Origin: Paramecium tetraurelia
Lineage: Eukaryota
Reading direction: 5' to 3'
Assembly: GCA_000165425.1 (NCBI GenBank)
Contig: CT868671.1
Coordinates: 253,027-317,026, forward strand
Length of the DNA stretch: 64,000 nt
Part shown: one piece after another, positions 14,252 to 28,159 of the stretch
Layout of the letters: each line of letters starts with the position of its first letter
Numbering within the stretch: position 1 is the stretch's first letter
Made by a program: the position numbers and the translations under genes
The notes under the pieces: generated by a model
Databases searched by the model: none
Seen by the model: the letters and a program-made list of their open reading frames with translations, nothing else
Told to the model about the DNA's origin: nothing

Positions 14252-14787
14252 TCATTTCACTTCTCCCAAGACCGATTCACATAGAGGACATTGATGTACT
14301 TATCGCTTACAACAATTCATACAGAAGGGTATTAAACAACAACTAATTAAGAACAAATCATTAAAATTATACCCACAAAATAATCCAGAAGCACACATTA
14401 ATATACATAAACTAATAGAAAGACATCCAGAAACATAAGTTAACTTGGTTTAAATCATACCTGCACACTCAGGACATCTAATATTTAAAGAATAAGGAGG
14501 TAGATTTTCTTTATCAAATTCTCCTAAAAATTCAGTTTTTAATCTTACCAAAATTCTTATATTATAAAGCGCTTGGATATTAAGTGATAGGTATTGCAGG
14601 TATATATTATGGAATATTCCCTTATTAAACAAAATTCATTTGATTATTCTACCAATGAGTTGCTTGTATCGGTTATCCTATTTATATTGCTTACAGATTT
14701 TCATCTGGAGGAGGATAGCTATGTAGTCTGATAGTAAGCTTACTTATAATTACTAGCAGGTTTATCGACTTCAGGTTACTCAATCAT
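14252..14787 (-). CDS. LITAF/SIMPLE zinc-ribbon protein
   Basis: P/Q-rich N-terminus with LPPY, then CPEC..hydrophobic segment..CCLIPFC..HQCPLC. Three tiny introns. Confidence 0.85.
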
Positions 14788-15170
14788 AATAACTTATAAT
14801 TTATCTAATAATCAATTTTATTAATTCTGTTTTAATATTCTTCATTCTCAAATATTCTAATAAGATCGACCAAATTATAGAAATTTCAGAGTTGCTATTG
14901 AGTTATATGTAATTTTCTATATAGCCACTACTAAATTAGAACTAACAAATCTTTGCGTTCAATAATAATATTCTGTCTTATTACCATAAGTAGGATGATT
15001 ATTATAAATAGAAAATATAATTCTCAAATTCAGATGTGTTTCAATTGAAGAATTTTTTGATCTATTTAAAATAGCAGTTTATTAGTAAGTATAAATAATA
15101 AATAAAATATAAGAATAATTTAAGTATTTGATGATATAGGATTTCCTTCATAAAATTATATTATTTATAA

Positions 15171-16142
15171 ATGAGTGAAAGTTAATAAGATGATCAAATT
15201 AGCCCTTTGGATTTCGGAAAATACCATACAGAACCGTAGAGAGATCATCGAGAGATAAAATATATGCCCACAAAACTCAGCGAGCCAAGAGGGAGTCAAT
15301 AGTATCCCTAACATGTTGCTGTGGTTATAGATGATGATACAACCTCAAATAATGAATCTAGGTGGTATGCTAAGAATAATTAATATAAACAACTAATTGG
15401 AAATGAGAGAACTGGCTTTGTTAAAAAAGTAAAAATATTTATATCAATAGGTCTATTCAATTATGATAATTTAATTGCTTATAACTATGATAATGTGCGT
15501 TATATCATATGTTTCAATCGATTATAGAATGTTCTAATTACAACATAGTGGTTATGCATATTTGGCTTTAGGAATTGCGATCTTCATAGAAGTGATTCTC
15601 TTTTGCATACCTAAGTTTGCCTGGAGAGTACCCTATAATTACCTTCTTTTATTAATCTTCACAGTTTGCGAAGGGTATCTGATTTCTAATTTATGCAGTT
15701 ATGTATTTGATGAATATAGTTAAAATGGTGGTAAACTGATATTCTTTATTTAAGGTTATATTGTATTGATGGCTGCCAGTTTGTCCTTAGCAGCAGTAGT
15801 AGGATTAACTTTTTATGCTTGCAAGACCAAATCTGACTTCACAACAAAAGGAGCTTTACTGTTTATGTGCACTACCTCTTTATTGTTATTTGGGATAATG
15901 GCAGGAATCTACTACTAAAACGTCATTAATCTTCTCTATTCGTTGATCTGTAGTCTCCTTTTTGGAGCCTATTTAATATATGACACACAATTAATTTTAG
16001 GTGGAAGCGTAATATATATATCATTTTATAGACTCATAAATTATCTATTGATGATTATATAATTGGATCAATGATTATTTACATTGACATCGTCTACTTA
16101 TTTGCACACATTTTAATGGTATTGATAGCATGTCTTAGATGA
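15171..16142 (+). CDS. Bax inhibitor-1 / Lifeguard (TMBIM) family membrane protein
   Basis: ERTGFVKK|VYSIM, RVPYNYLLLLIFTVCEG, TKSDFT, YLIYDTQLILGG, LSIDDYIIGSMIIYIDIV. Confidence 0.92.
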
Positions 16143-16184
16143 AGTTTTATTTGTTTTTAAATTTACATAAATATATTTAATTAC

Positions 16185-19170
16185 TCATCTTCTATAAGGA
16201 GCCAAACTGCTTCTTCTAACTTCTTCAACTTCTTTTTCCTTCTCTTAAACTCGAGCTCTTAGACTTTCAATCTCTGCTGATTACATCTGAAATTAGAATG
16301 ATAAAATTACCACGAAATGAAAGAAGAGATCTTAAATTTTCCTTGTTTAAGCTCCACCGTCTGCATATTATAGTCTCCATTATTTGAGTTCAGCTTCATT
16401 GACATCTATGATTCCTTATAATCTATCAATTTCATTAGACAAGACTCTAATCTAATGATATATTAGAATTTTCTTACATTTTCTTCATATTATTTTAACT
16501 AAATGATTTATTATTCCAATTAATAGCACTTCTTCTTTAACTAATCAATTTCATCTTATCTGTTCATTAATAATTAATTCAATCTTTCGATTTCAGTGGA
16601 TAACATAGCACATCTATTCTCTAATTCAATATATTTAGATTTGTATAACTCTAAGGAATTGTATTTTTGTTTTAAGTCATCATATTATCTTTACAGTAAA
16701 TTATACTAAGATTCTAATCTCTCCTTTTCCTTTCGTAATTCATCTGATTCCGAAAAAGCCTTCCTTAATTACTAATTAACTCTTTCTAATTCTTGATTGC
16801 TAATTTAGATCTTGTTCTCATATCTTTAAATTTGAGTTCTATAATCATCAATTTCTCCATTTCTCAATCTTAATTGTTCATTCAATCTTTAATTCTCAGT
16901 TGTCAAACTCATAATCTTCTATTCTAGAATTTAACAATTATCTTAATATATCTTCAAACTTGCTATCTAGTTTTCCAATCCTTGTCTTTTACCCTTTTCT
17001 TCATCTTATAATTTTTGTAATAGATTATTTCTATCCAATGCTTTATATAATTAATCATCTTTAATCTTTAATTAACTTTGGTAATGTGATATTTGATTAG
17101 TCAATTATTCATTTTCATCAAAAATCTCAGCTTGAACCTATGTTAATCTATCAATTTCAGAACAATGCAATATAATTCTTATTAATGACTACTTCCACTT
17201 ATCCTCAACTATTCTATTAGTCTAACTCAATTCAGAGTAAGCCTATTCTAATCTTCTATATTTAGACATCCACTCTTCAGCTTCTGTCGATTTCAATCCC
17301 ATACTCTATTTCAGTTTTTAGATATCATTCATCATCTATCTCCTTTAGTCATCAAATTCTTAAGATTTCTATGAAAATAGCATCTTCTATCTTTCCAATT
17401 CCTATGAAATCATAGCAATAGTATTTTCATATTCTACCAATTTCTTATTCTTCATTAATGATTCTTACAAATCATATTCAATATTGGTATATTTTCTCTT
17501 CCATTCTTCAATCTACTTTTACAAGGATTAATTAATTTATTCTTGATTATTAACCTCTTTTTGTAACTAATTTTGATTTATTTGTAAGTTTTATAACTCT
17601 AATTATTTCTATCTCAATTATTCTTACATTCTATCAATTTCTTAAGTTAAACAACTTAATTTATTTTTAATATCATTATATTAAATTGATTTATTTTTAA
17701 ATTCTTATTCATAATGCTAACATTTTTATTTCCACTCTTCTAATTCGTGAATTTTCTATCTTAAAATATTGTTTAGTCTTTCTATTTCAGATGTTAACAA
17801 TTCGATTCTACTAATTAGATCTTGATTTCCTTGTTCTAAATTATTGTTTGATTATTGCAATTAATAGTTTTTCATCTTTTAATCTTCCAAATTATTACTC
17901 AATTGTTAAAACATATCAACTTGATCTTTTAATTGCATTTACAATTAATCTAATTTATTTAATTTCAATTTCATCTCTTTGCATTGATTATCAGAATCAA
18001 AATATTTCTATCTCCATTCCTCTCCTTATTTTATCTTTTCTCTCAATACTTAATTTAATCTATCAATTTCGCCTTACAAAAGAACAATTTTATTTTACAT
18101 TTAATCTATAATTTAGTCCTAATCCTTATATTTGATTAATTCATTTTAAGTCATAACATATGCTTAATTGAGTTAATCATAGTCTTTCTACTTCTTATCA
18201 AATTGATTTTATAATGATCTAAGCTCAGATCTCCATTTTTCAGACTCCTAAGCCATGTTATTATAACGTGCTTTATTAATTTCCAATTCTTCTAATTTCT
18301 ATTTCAACAAATTGTTTAATCTCTCAGTTTCACAAACTAACATACCAATTTTATTTTCCAACTCGACTATTTTTTCTTCCTATTGCTTGTATTATTAAAA
18401 TTCAGCCTCGTATTAATTCAACTCTACTTAATAATACTCCACAGCTTATTATTTACTCAATAATTGTTCTCTTAGTTTTTATACTTCATTTTCCTAAAGA
18501 TATTTAATCATTCAAATTACATTCCATTATTTTTATGAGAATAATTGATTCTTCAAATCATCTATTTCCTTTTATTATTTTGAATTTCCAACCAAAAGTT
18601 ATTGTTTCAATAACTCATTTTCATTCCTGTATTTTTCCTCATTAGTAAAAAACCTGATTTTCCAATTCTCAATCTCCTCTGTATACTATGTAGTAGTAAT
18701 TTCGATCTCTTATCTTAAACCATAAAATACTGATTTACCTGTACATACTCTCCTAATATTGCATCTGCATAAGTCTAGCTTACAAATCCTCTATTTGTTT
18801 TTCATAACTATTTCTATCAAGCAATTTATCATCCATCTCCTTTATCCTATATTTCAGTTTATCGTTTTCAGCTACGAATCTTTCAACTTCGCAAGCCATT
18901 AAGAAAACAAACAATATCAAGGTTTTTCCCCAACTATTATCTAGCGGGAGGAGGGTTATTAATTTACGAGGAATAGATACTATTTCCAGACCTATTTGCG
19001 ATAAACACAATTAAATACATTGATCTTTTCATTTGAGAGGACCCTAAGTTTTGTGTCACTGAAGTGCACTGTCTTACTGTACTAGTTATTACTTTTGAAG
19101 AAGATTATGATGTAAAATAATCTTTATTTTAAGTGACTGGTTCTAATGGAGATCTGCTATATGTATTCAT
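16185..19170 (-). CDS. Large coiled-coil repeat cortical/epiplasm protein (ENKIxMLxxEIERLN-type repeats)
   Basis: About 10 degenerate repeats, e.g. ENKIGMLVCETERLNNLLK, QNRIELLTSEIERLNNILR and ENRCAMLSTEIERLNQLL, often followed by EEWKxKY. Ends EVRRSSLAPYRR-TGA. Confidence 0.8.
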
Positions 19171-19579
19171 TTTGAATTCAAATAATTATTAATAATGATC
19201 GTTAATTTTATATTCACATAAAAACCTTCCAATCTCATTACTTTACGATTCTAACCAAATTCTAATTGTCTTCAATTCAAGGTTGCCTTCCCTTTGATCT
19301 AAAAATTCTCATCAAATTTTCATTGTAAATAATTATTAACAAAACCAATATTGAACTATATTTTTTCTAGTTCAGAGAGTCTATGATTCGTTAAGAACTT
19401 CTCTTTTAAAATATTAATTTCTCAATACAAAATACTACTAAAAGGATCTTATAGAATAGCTATCTAAATTAAATTTAAAAGGTTATTTGAGTCATTACAA
19501 TACATCTTTTCTTATTGAGGCATATTAGGATTATTTATAAACTTTCATTTATTATATTTTATTGGTTGTTATAAATTAA

Positions 19580-22500
19580 ATGCTTAAACCGAAAACAAGC
19601 AACCCAAATAGTATTACATCAATTAATTTAGACAAGATTACTGGATGCAAGGTTGAAAGTTAAATAAAACCTAAGATGACTGTTAATGAAACAAGACAAT
19701 TAGGACATACAGAATCTGATTAATAAGATTTCCTAATGGCAAGCAAATTAAACCCTAGTCAAATAGTTACACCAAACAAAATAAAAAAGAAGAAAAAGAA
19801 AAAATCTAAGAAATCTTCTTAGAAATCTAAAACTGAAATACAAAAAAGTGGATTTAGGACTAAAAAGTCTATTTCACAAGTATTTCCATGGGGAGTTAAT
19901 CAGCAAAGACTACGGAATTACATTTTATCTGAATAAGAGAAATATTATAATGCTATGTAACGTCGAAATACAAGAACAACTGTTGACCTCAAAGATAGGA
20001 GATAATAAATTGGTACATCCTTTTTAAACCAATTTGCAGAAAAGAATCTTAAATCAATAATTAAAAGTAATATTATTTATTAAGCTAGAGAAAAAGTCCA
20101 TTCACGATGAGAATCAACCTAAATAAAAATAAAAAATATCAACTACCTTGCAAAACTAGTATAAATAACTTCTAAAGAAACCTAAAAATTTGAATTTTCT
20201 ACCTAATCGACTGAAAATAAGTTCTATTCATTACCCTAGTCCTGCTTAAAAAATATAGAAGAGAAATAGAAGTCTTTCGTAAGGTTAGCATAATAAATAG
20301 ATTCTAAACAATAGGATTAGAACAGGATCTCTTCATGAAAAGACTGGAACCTTATTTGAAGCGACAACCTAAAAATTAAAATTTAAGAAACCAGAGAAAC
20401 AAAAAAAAATAGTTATATAATATTAGAATATAGAAGAGAATTTTCTAAATAATAATAAAAAAGGTCTCAATTAATAAAAAAATGAATCAAAACCGCATTC
20501 ATCTTTATACAAACTTATGAGTAATTCGAGCAGCAATAATATGCCTAATGATAGTGATAGATAATAGAATAATTAAGAGTTAGATGATAGTTTTTACAGT
20601 TAAAAAAACATTCATGATGTTCATTCTGAAGAATAAAATGAAGCTAAAAAAATTAAAGGGACAAATTATTTTTAAATGAGAAAATGCTCAATTCCTGAAA
20701 TCGATAAAGAAGGAAATTACTTCAAAAAAGATAATTATTAGAAGATGGCTTTGGTTTAGAGTGATTTTTCTGTCGAGAATTAGGCTGCTTTAATCATTTA
20801 AAAAGTTTGGAGAGGATATAAAATCAGACAAATTCAATTAAAATCTAAATTCTAAGGCAAGAAAGATATTCATAAAATTAAGGATGGATTAAATTTAAAA
20901 AGTTTAACCAAATCGCAAATAAATAAATTAATCAAATTTGGATTTCTGAAAAAAGATTCAATTGATAACTCTCAACTTGTTGATGAATCTAGCATTTTAA
21001 GTCATTCAAGACCTAATTCTTAAATGGATAATCAAAAAGAAACAAAAAAGTAGATAGAATCTAATTAATATTAAAAGTTTATAGAAAATTTTTAAGATGA
21101 TATTGAATATAAACCTGGCTTGCTTAACTAATAGAATTAAGTTTAAAATAAATTTAAAGATATTTAGTTGCAAATAATATCTGAGCATACTCCTGAAAAA
21201 ATAAAAAAAACATTTTAGAATTCTCAAGATGAACAAATCCAATCCTTTGGTAATTAAAAATCAAAAAAAATTAGTAAATTATCAATTGATGTTGAAGAAT
21301 AAGAGGAAGAAAATAAAGTTGATATCGGAGAAATCAGATGCGCTTTCGGTTCAGAATCATTATTAAAAAGTCTTTCATAAGAAGGGGAATAATCAATCTA
21401 ATAAGATAAAGGATTGTTTGAATAGACTTCATTTTAAGATTTTGTAATGAATAAATTTAAAGAGCTTATGCAGAGAGACAAGATGGATTAATTAATTGCT
21501 TTAAGAGAAGAAGCAGTTTAGTAAAGACAACAATAATCATTAAAATAGATTGACAAGGCCTTTTAGAATAATCAAATATCTCCTAGAACATTCGAATTTC
21601 AATAAAGAAAATTAGAAAAGTGGGTTAATAAATAAAAAACAGATTTAGAATAGAAAAAGCGAGAAATTTTAAGAGGATAATAAAGTGTATTTGATGCTAT
21701 AGTGAAAACATAAAGAGACTTGCAATTTGTTAAATAAATGCTTTCATCATAAAACTCATAAACTTACATAAAAATAGTAGATTCTTTAAGTTAGGAATCT
21801 GCCAATTATTCTGAAAATAGTCTAAAAAGTTCAATTATAGATATCTAAATATCCAATTCTTAAATGTTATAATATTAGCAAGATGAGAAAAATAAGGCTT
21901 ACGAAGATGTAGTAACAATTTAGAGAAAAAGCAATAACATATTAGAAGAAAAGGAATTAGTTTGCCCAGAGCCTTTTAACTTAAAAAAGTTAGCCTAATC
22001 TTAATTTGTTAGAAATGTTGAACAGTTAAAAGAACCATAGAAGATATCTGAGAAATGTGCTGATTCATACTCTATTCTGATTTCAAATATGCTGATATAA
22101 GAGGAAGTAAATTAGTTTTATACGGAAATGTTAAGAAATGGCATTGATTTATATGAGATAATCAGCAATTCCTAATTAAATCGTAGAGCATAGATTGCTT
22201 AACCAAAAGAATAATAGATGCAAGGACTTAAAACAAATGTAGCATAAATTAAAGCGTATCTCAAATACTTAGAAGAGTACTTGATAGGTAATCAAATTAT
22301 TTAATATCATCAAGATAATGTTATGATTTAAATCTAGAGAGTAATAAATATACCATTGGGTCCATCATCTTAAATAATGCTTAAGTTTCTTTAGCCAATT
22401 CGAGACTCAGCTGAGTCGGATTACGATTCAAATGGAGCATAGCATTAAATCATTCTTAGCGTAGAGTAGTTTGGCAAATTTGAAAGATTTTTAATGGAAT

Positions 22501-23004
22501 AAAGAATAATCAACCATCAAAATAAACTATTAATTGAATTAGAGCATATTCATAATAAAGCAATCTTTGATTCCTTAAATGAAGCACTCGATTAATTTAG
22601 ACCATATGGTTTGAATGGATAACCATTTTTATGGAAATCTGATCCAACCAGATTGAGAGCAAGGGAAGTTCAATTGACCGATATTCCTGGAATCATTCGT
22701 AAAGCTTCAGAAAAAGTCATTGATTGGAGTCATTATATGACAGGGATCTTAATTGATAAAGAGGATTCGCCATTTCCAAAATCAATGCAATTAGACCAAG
22801 AAACCGTAGCATAGATAAGGGAGGATAGGCTGTATAGAATGTTAACTTTAGATGTATATTTAAATTTGTTAATTTTAGATAATTGATAATGAAGATAGAT
22901 GGACAAATTATGATGAAGAAACTACTGAAATCTCTATTGATTTATCAGATCTGTTATTTGATTATTTAGTTGAGGAAGTAGCATTTGAGATGTATAAAAA
23001 ATGA
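19580..23004 (+). CDS. CEP350-like basal body protein with IQ motif and C-terminal DUF4378-type domain
   Basis: IQ motif AALIIQKVWRGYKIR, LIALREEAVQ coiled coil, C-terminal HIHNKAIFDSLNEALDQFRPYG..W..QIREDRL..RWTNYDEETTEISIDLSDLLFDYLVEE. Confidence 0.7.
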
Positions 23005-23167
23005 TGTTTTTGTTGAATATATTAAAATTCAGTTTTTGTAATTTGTTCATGTCTAATGTTTAATTACTTGTAAAAGATTATTTCTGATTTATTTGACGTC
23101 TATTTCATTTTAAGTTCTAAATAACAAAAATAATCTTACTGCAAAATTTGATTCAAATTGATGAAAA

Positions 23168-26093
23168 TCAAACTGTAGTTTAATAATACATTATCAAAGA
23201 TACCTGTATTATTTGATAAATCTGTCAAGAAAGAATGGTCTTATCCTTTTTCCATGTAGTCTAAGACCCATTCCTCTTATAATTCAGTAAAGATAACCTT
23301 ATCAAATTCCTCCTCTGTGAATACATCTACTGCACTATGATAAGCAAACTTTATTTCACAAGGAAGCATTTCCAGTTAATCTTTGAGTTTATTAATGAGA
23401 TCTAGCATTTTGGTTTAAATTTCAATTAATTGTCTATTCTTCTGATCCTATTATGCGTTAGAAGTTGAAAATTAGGAGTTGGATATTTTAGTTTTTTTAT
23501 AACCTTAATATATTAAAACAGCCTTAGCTATATTGGAATGATGTTATTCTAAAGAAAACCATTTTAAAATTTTGTCTGTATTGTCTTAGTCAAATTGAAG
23601 CAAACTAACTGGTTTCTCTCCTCCTAATACATCTATCTTTTCCATCACTTTCTTTAATGAAATTTTGAATGAACTTAAAATGACTTTAATGAGTTCATTC
23701 TTAATCTAAGCCCAATGTTAATACTTTCGTGGGTATTAATTTAAAAAATAGAATAAATGGCTAAACCTATTAACGGCCAAAAAGTCTTCATAATTTGAGA
23801 TGTAGATTGTTCTTGAATATTCTATTTATTACTCTTCCTACATTTGGAATATAAGTTCAATTAAATTCTTTATATTTAAGAATAAATACTTTTCTAAATT
23901 AGTCGTATTATTTAAATAAATTTAATATCCATTTAAATCCTTATACTTAAACTTATTTAATCTCTTGCAACTTTTCGCTTTAGATTAATTCTATCCTTTT
24001 TTAACTCTCTAGAACTACTTCAATCAATTATTATAATGAACTATTGTTGTTCTTCTGATCAATTTCATTAAAATCCTCAACAATCATCTAAAGATTTCCA
24101 GAATGCAAATATTGCATAGACTCTAATAAACATATAACATCCTTTTCAAATGTTATATCTGACTACAACTACTATTTAATATACTCAACATCTTAAGAAA
24201 CCTTCTTCCTTTATAATTTGATGGCAATTTATTCTAATTAATGTGACTAACTAAAGAACTTTTCAATATTTATCTTCTTCAGGTTTTAACTCTCAATATC
24301 ACTTAATTGTAATTGTTGAGGCAAGTTAACAACAATTTCTTGAATTTTTAAATCCATTGCTTATCTTTATTTTTAATAGTTATCCTTGAATGTCAAATAT
24401 TAAACATGTGCATCGATATCATGAATATTTATATATGGTTCTACTTTAGGACTTAAAGAATTAATAAATTTCAGCTCTGTTTCAATTTTTTTTACAAACT
24501 TCTCTTTAAATTCACTTAGTGTAGGATGTTGTTATTATACATTGTTTATTTTTACTAATATTATTTTAAGTATGCATTTGGATTATTACACTTCTTAATA
24601 TAGGTTTATAAGATGTTACCACTATTCTTTAGATATGGATTACTGTAAATTAAAGAAAATTTAATCGAAAAAGTCCTAAAAATTATTATTTTGATATTTT
24701 TTAAATTCATCAATTAATGGAAGTATGAAATTCACTGCTGCTTTCTATGAATTAACTTAATTTTGAATAGTATCAATAAATAAACATGATTTTTAATAAA
24801 TCTTATTCTTCATTGCAAAAAAGTATTTGGTCTAATCAAAGTGTACAAATTTAAGTTCATCTTTTTAGCATTTAAATTAGTAATAGTTATCTTTGTAATT
24901 TTAAGGTTATTAATTTAAATAAAATATAAGATATTAATAATAATCAAAGCTATCATAATATTCTTATAACAAATCCTTTTGAATAGCAATTTTATCAATT
25001 GCTGCTAGCGATAGCCTATATTCTTAGATAACTAGCAAGTTGTTTGATAAACATATTTGTATATCTTTTGAAACTCCCTTAAAATATATGGAGGAAACTC
25101 GCTATAAATTAATCATTTTTTATTAGAGCTCTTATTCTTACTAAGGAAAAGATTTAATTAATTATAACAATTTAGAGCAAATAGATTTGTATTATTGATG
25201 ATTTTGATTGATATTTCCCAATCTAAATTATAATAATAAATACTATTTTACCTTCTTTTTTCAGAAAGAGTTTATTCATATTCTTTAGCCATCAACTCGA
25301 TATCCGAGAAATGCTTTAGAGATACAGAAGTGAATTCAGCTTCACTCACAGCTTCTGATTCATCAAAAGGCTTATGTAATCTCTCGTAAGCTGCCACTGA
25401 AACTACTGACATAAAGTTAAATGCTTCATTAAATAAATCTCTTAATTCATCAGCTTTGGATTCAAATTGGTTAAAAGCATATTTGATTTCTCTTTAAAAT
25501 TTTTAATAAGAGGTGCATTAATCATACTAGTTTAATGAGGTCTGAATATTTTTAAGTTATTAAGTAATATTTAATTTTTATTGTTTAATTCTACTATGCT
25601 TTTCTATTATTGTATGCACAGTTCGACCTTCCATTTTGATACGATCTCTAATGTTTTCTGCATCAATTTCTAATTATTAATAATATTAAGGTTCAATATT
25701 TGATGATATCAATCTTGAAGCTTATAAGTTTGATTAATTCATTGGTACTGTGGATCTAAATAATGTGAAGATGTTTTCTAAATTCTCTAATTAAACCTCT
25801 TTCAATAGGCTTTGTTTTGCTGGGTCTTCTTAAGATATTTACTCATTTCTAATTTCACTTTTTATTTAACCTTCAATCTTTGAAGCAGGTTTTTATTACT
25901 CCATTTCCAGAGGTGCAATATATGATAATTCAGGATCAATATTCAAAGAATTCACACTTAACTAAGGTTATTTTTAAGTAGGTAATTGCAATTGATTTTG
26001 AGTTTAATTTGGTGGAGTGTTATCAAATATCCTCTTCTTTTAAGTCGACGAAACATTATTAATGTTACTTGTATTAACATAGATGTTTGACAT
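23168..26093 (-). CDS. Large hypothetical protein (3' boundary uncertain)
   Basis: Long code-6 reading frame from MSNIYVNTSNINNV with coding-like composition and tiny introns. No motif recognised. The stop depends on a putative 31-nt last intron. Confidence 0.55.
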
Positions 26094-26418
26094 ATTTAAT
26101 AATAAATTGTGAATAAAATTAATTATAAATTCATATCATCTTTTATATTTGATTATTATCTTATAATTAATAAGGGAATGTTAAATACAATTAATGAATG
26201 CTAGAGATAAAAAAATTATGAATAAATATGACATATAAGAATTTCATATATTCTAATTTCTATATTAGTTTTAGATTGTTATCGAAAAAAAAACCAGTAC
26301 TATATAATAGTTCAAAGCATTACATTGATTAGATATCCTTCATCTCTAGGCTTTCATACCAAAATTGGAAACATATAATTTAAAAATTAAATTCATTATT
26401 CAATAATTAAAATAAAGA

Positions 26419-26486
26419 ATGAGAGAAAGTGGAGAAAAAAGAAAATGAAAAGACTCAAGAGAAAAAGACGTAAGTCAAGTAAGTGA
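26419..26486 (+). pseudogene. RPL41: Ribosomal protein eL41 (RPL41/eS32) gene with a one-base frameshift
   Basis: ATG AGA GA^ AAG TGG.. gives MR(E)KWRKKKMKRLKRKRRKSSK-TGA if one A is restored, versus the canonical MRAKWRKKRMRRLKRKRRK. As written, frame 0 stops after 9 codons. Confidence 0.75.
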
Positions 26487-27448
26487 TATAAGATATGATG
26501 AATATAAATATATTTAATCGAACATTTGTTTTAATATTTTAGCAGACTTTGACTTATTATTTTAAATTTGGTTACTTATTAGCCATCCTTAAATGGCTGG
26601 CGAAAATTTTCTTAAGATAATAAGAAATTTTCATTAATTCATTTAATTATTATTCAACCTAAATCGAACAAGAAGAAGTTGATAAGTAAGTACAATATTA
26701 GTTCCTAAAAATTCTTGGGAATTCAATAATTGGGTGCTGGAACCTTTGAAATGTCAAAATCATGGTATCTTATAATTATTAGTGTCGAAAGATATGTTCA
26801 AATTGTCCAAAATTACACTACGTTTTAACTTTATTGATTTAAGATCTTAGGATGGGATTGGCAATTTATTTATTAAATATTGAAAAGAAGGACAATTAAG
26901 GAATAAATAATAAGAAAAAACAATAATTTTGAAACCTAATATAAATTAATTAGCGACCCTTAAATATATCAGCATACCTGTTAATTAATAAATGGCAATA
27001 GAATAATTTTATATTAATAAAAATTTGTATAATGGAATATTAGTTTAAATATTAAAATTGAGAATTTTAGGCCTTCTACTGATCTCTATGTCTTCAACAA
27101 AATCCTAATTAAAAATTCAGATATAAAATCTTTTCTAAAGGTAGCCTACAAAGAAAAGTAAAACTCTTAAATTGAAGTTTATTATGAAAAAAAGACAAGT
27201 TACAGCTTAATTTCAATGAAGCTTTGAAGTTATTTTTGATAAATTATAATTTAATCAATTTGAATTAGGTATTATGGATTTAATATTAATTGTATCTAAA
27301 ACCCTTAAATTGTCCGATTTTCAATTTGACATTTGTAATAATAGATCTTCAAAACAAATACTCAATTTTATCCGATTTAAATGAATGATGATAATTATTT
27401 TTCAAGAATGTATGAATAATTAATTATTTCATTTTATAATGTAAAATC

Positions 27449-28119
27449 TCATTACTTTCCGTATTCTTTTTAGGTCATCAGATTATAGAAATCATCAAAT
27501 GTAACAAATCCATCATCATCCAAATCAGCCTAGATTAATTTGATGAATTATTAATACTTTCTTAAACATATGTTAAATTTCTTCATCCGTCATTTCTTCT
27601 CCTAAATCTTAGGCTACTCTTTTGAGTTCATCCCAAGTTATTCGACCTTTGATAGAGAATAAGCATTTTACCTTCTTTATTCCAGTCATACAAATTGAAC
27701 ACCTTTTGAATTTATTCTCGTGTATCTTTATCACTAACTTTTGCAGTTGCAAGATGTAAAAATTCTTCAAAATCAATTCCTCCAGAATTGTCAGTATCTA
27801 ACTCTCCCAGCACTTAATAAATAAATTTATTGTGATATGTTTTAATTCCAGATGCTTCAAATGCTTCTCTCAACTCTTATGGATCGATTGCTCCTGATCC
27901 ATCACCGTCGAAAATATCAAATGCTTACTTAAAATTAATACACGATCTTACTTTAACTTCCAAGACTTCTTCCTTTGTCAAATGAGGAGGTTTAGCATAA
28001 TCTTCAGCATTAAATACTTTTGATTTAGGAGGTTGAGGAGGTTAGGGATTTCGTTACTGTTAATTACCTTGGGCTGGCTAAGGGGGATGTTATTTTTAAC
28101 TGTTTTGTTATCTTGACAT
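27449..28119 (-). CDS. Centrin (infraciliary-lattice ICL-type) EF-hand protein
   Basis: P/Q-rich N-terminus, then EEVLEVKQAFDIFDGDGSGAIDPQEL, DTDNSGGIDFEEF, LKRVAQDLGEEMTDEEI, ADLDDDGFVTFDDF. Three introns. Confidence 0.92.
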
Positions 28120-28159
28120 TGATAAAATAGATATTTATTTAAATAAAAGTATATTATTT

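Noticed and set aside
26493..26552. ATGATGA as box C of a C/D snoRNA
   Set aside because: No downstream CTGA box D or terminal stem, and the motif is expected by chance in AT-rich DNA.
26593..27380. Possible plus-strand gene downstream of eL41
   Set aside because: Frames are interrupted by TGA and no motif was recognised. At best a decayed remnant.
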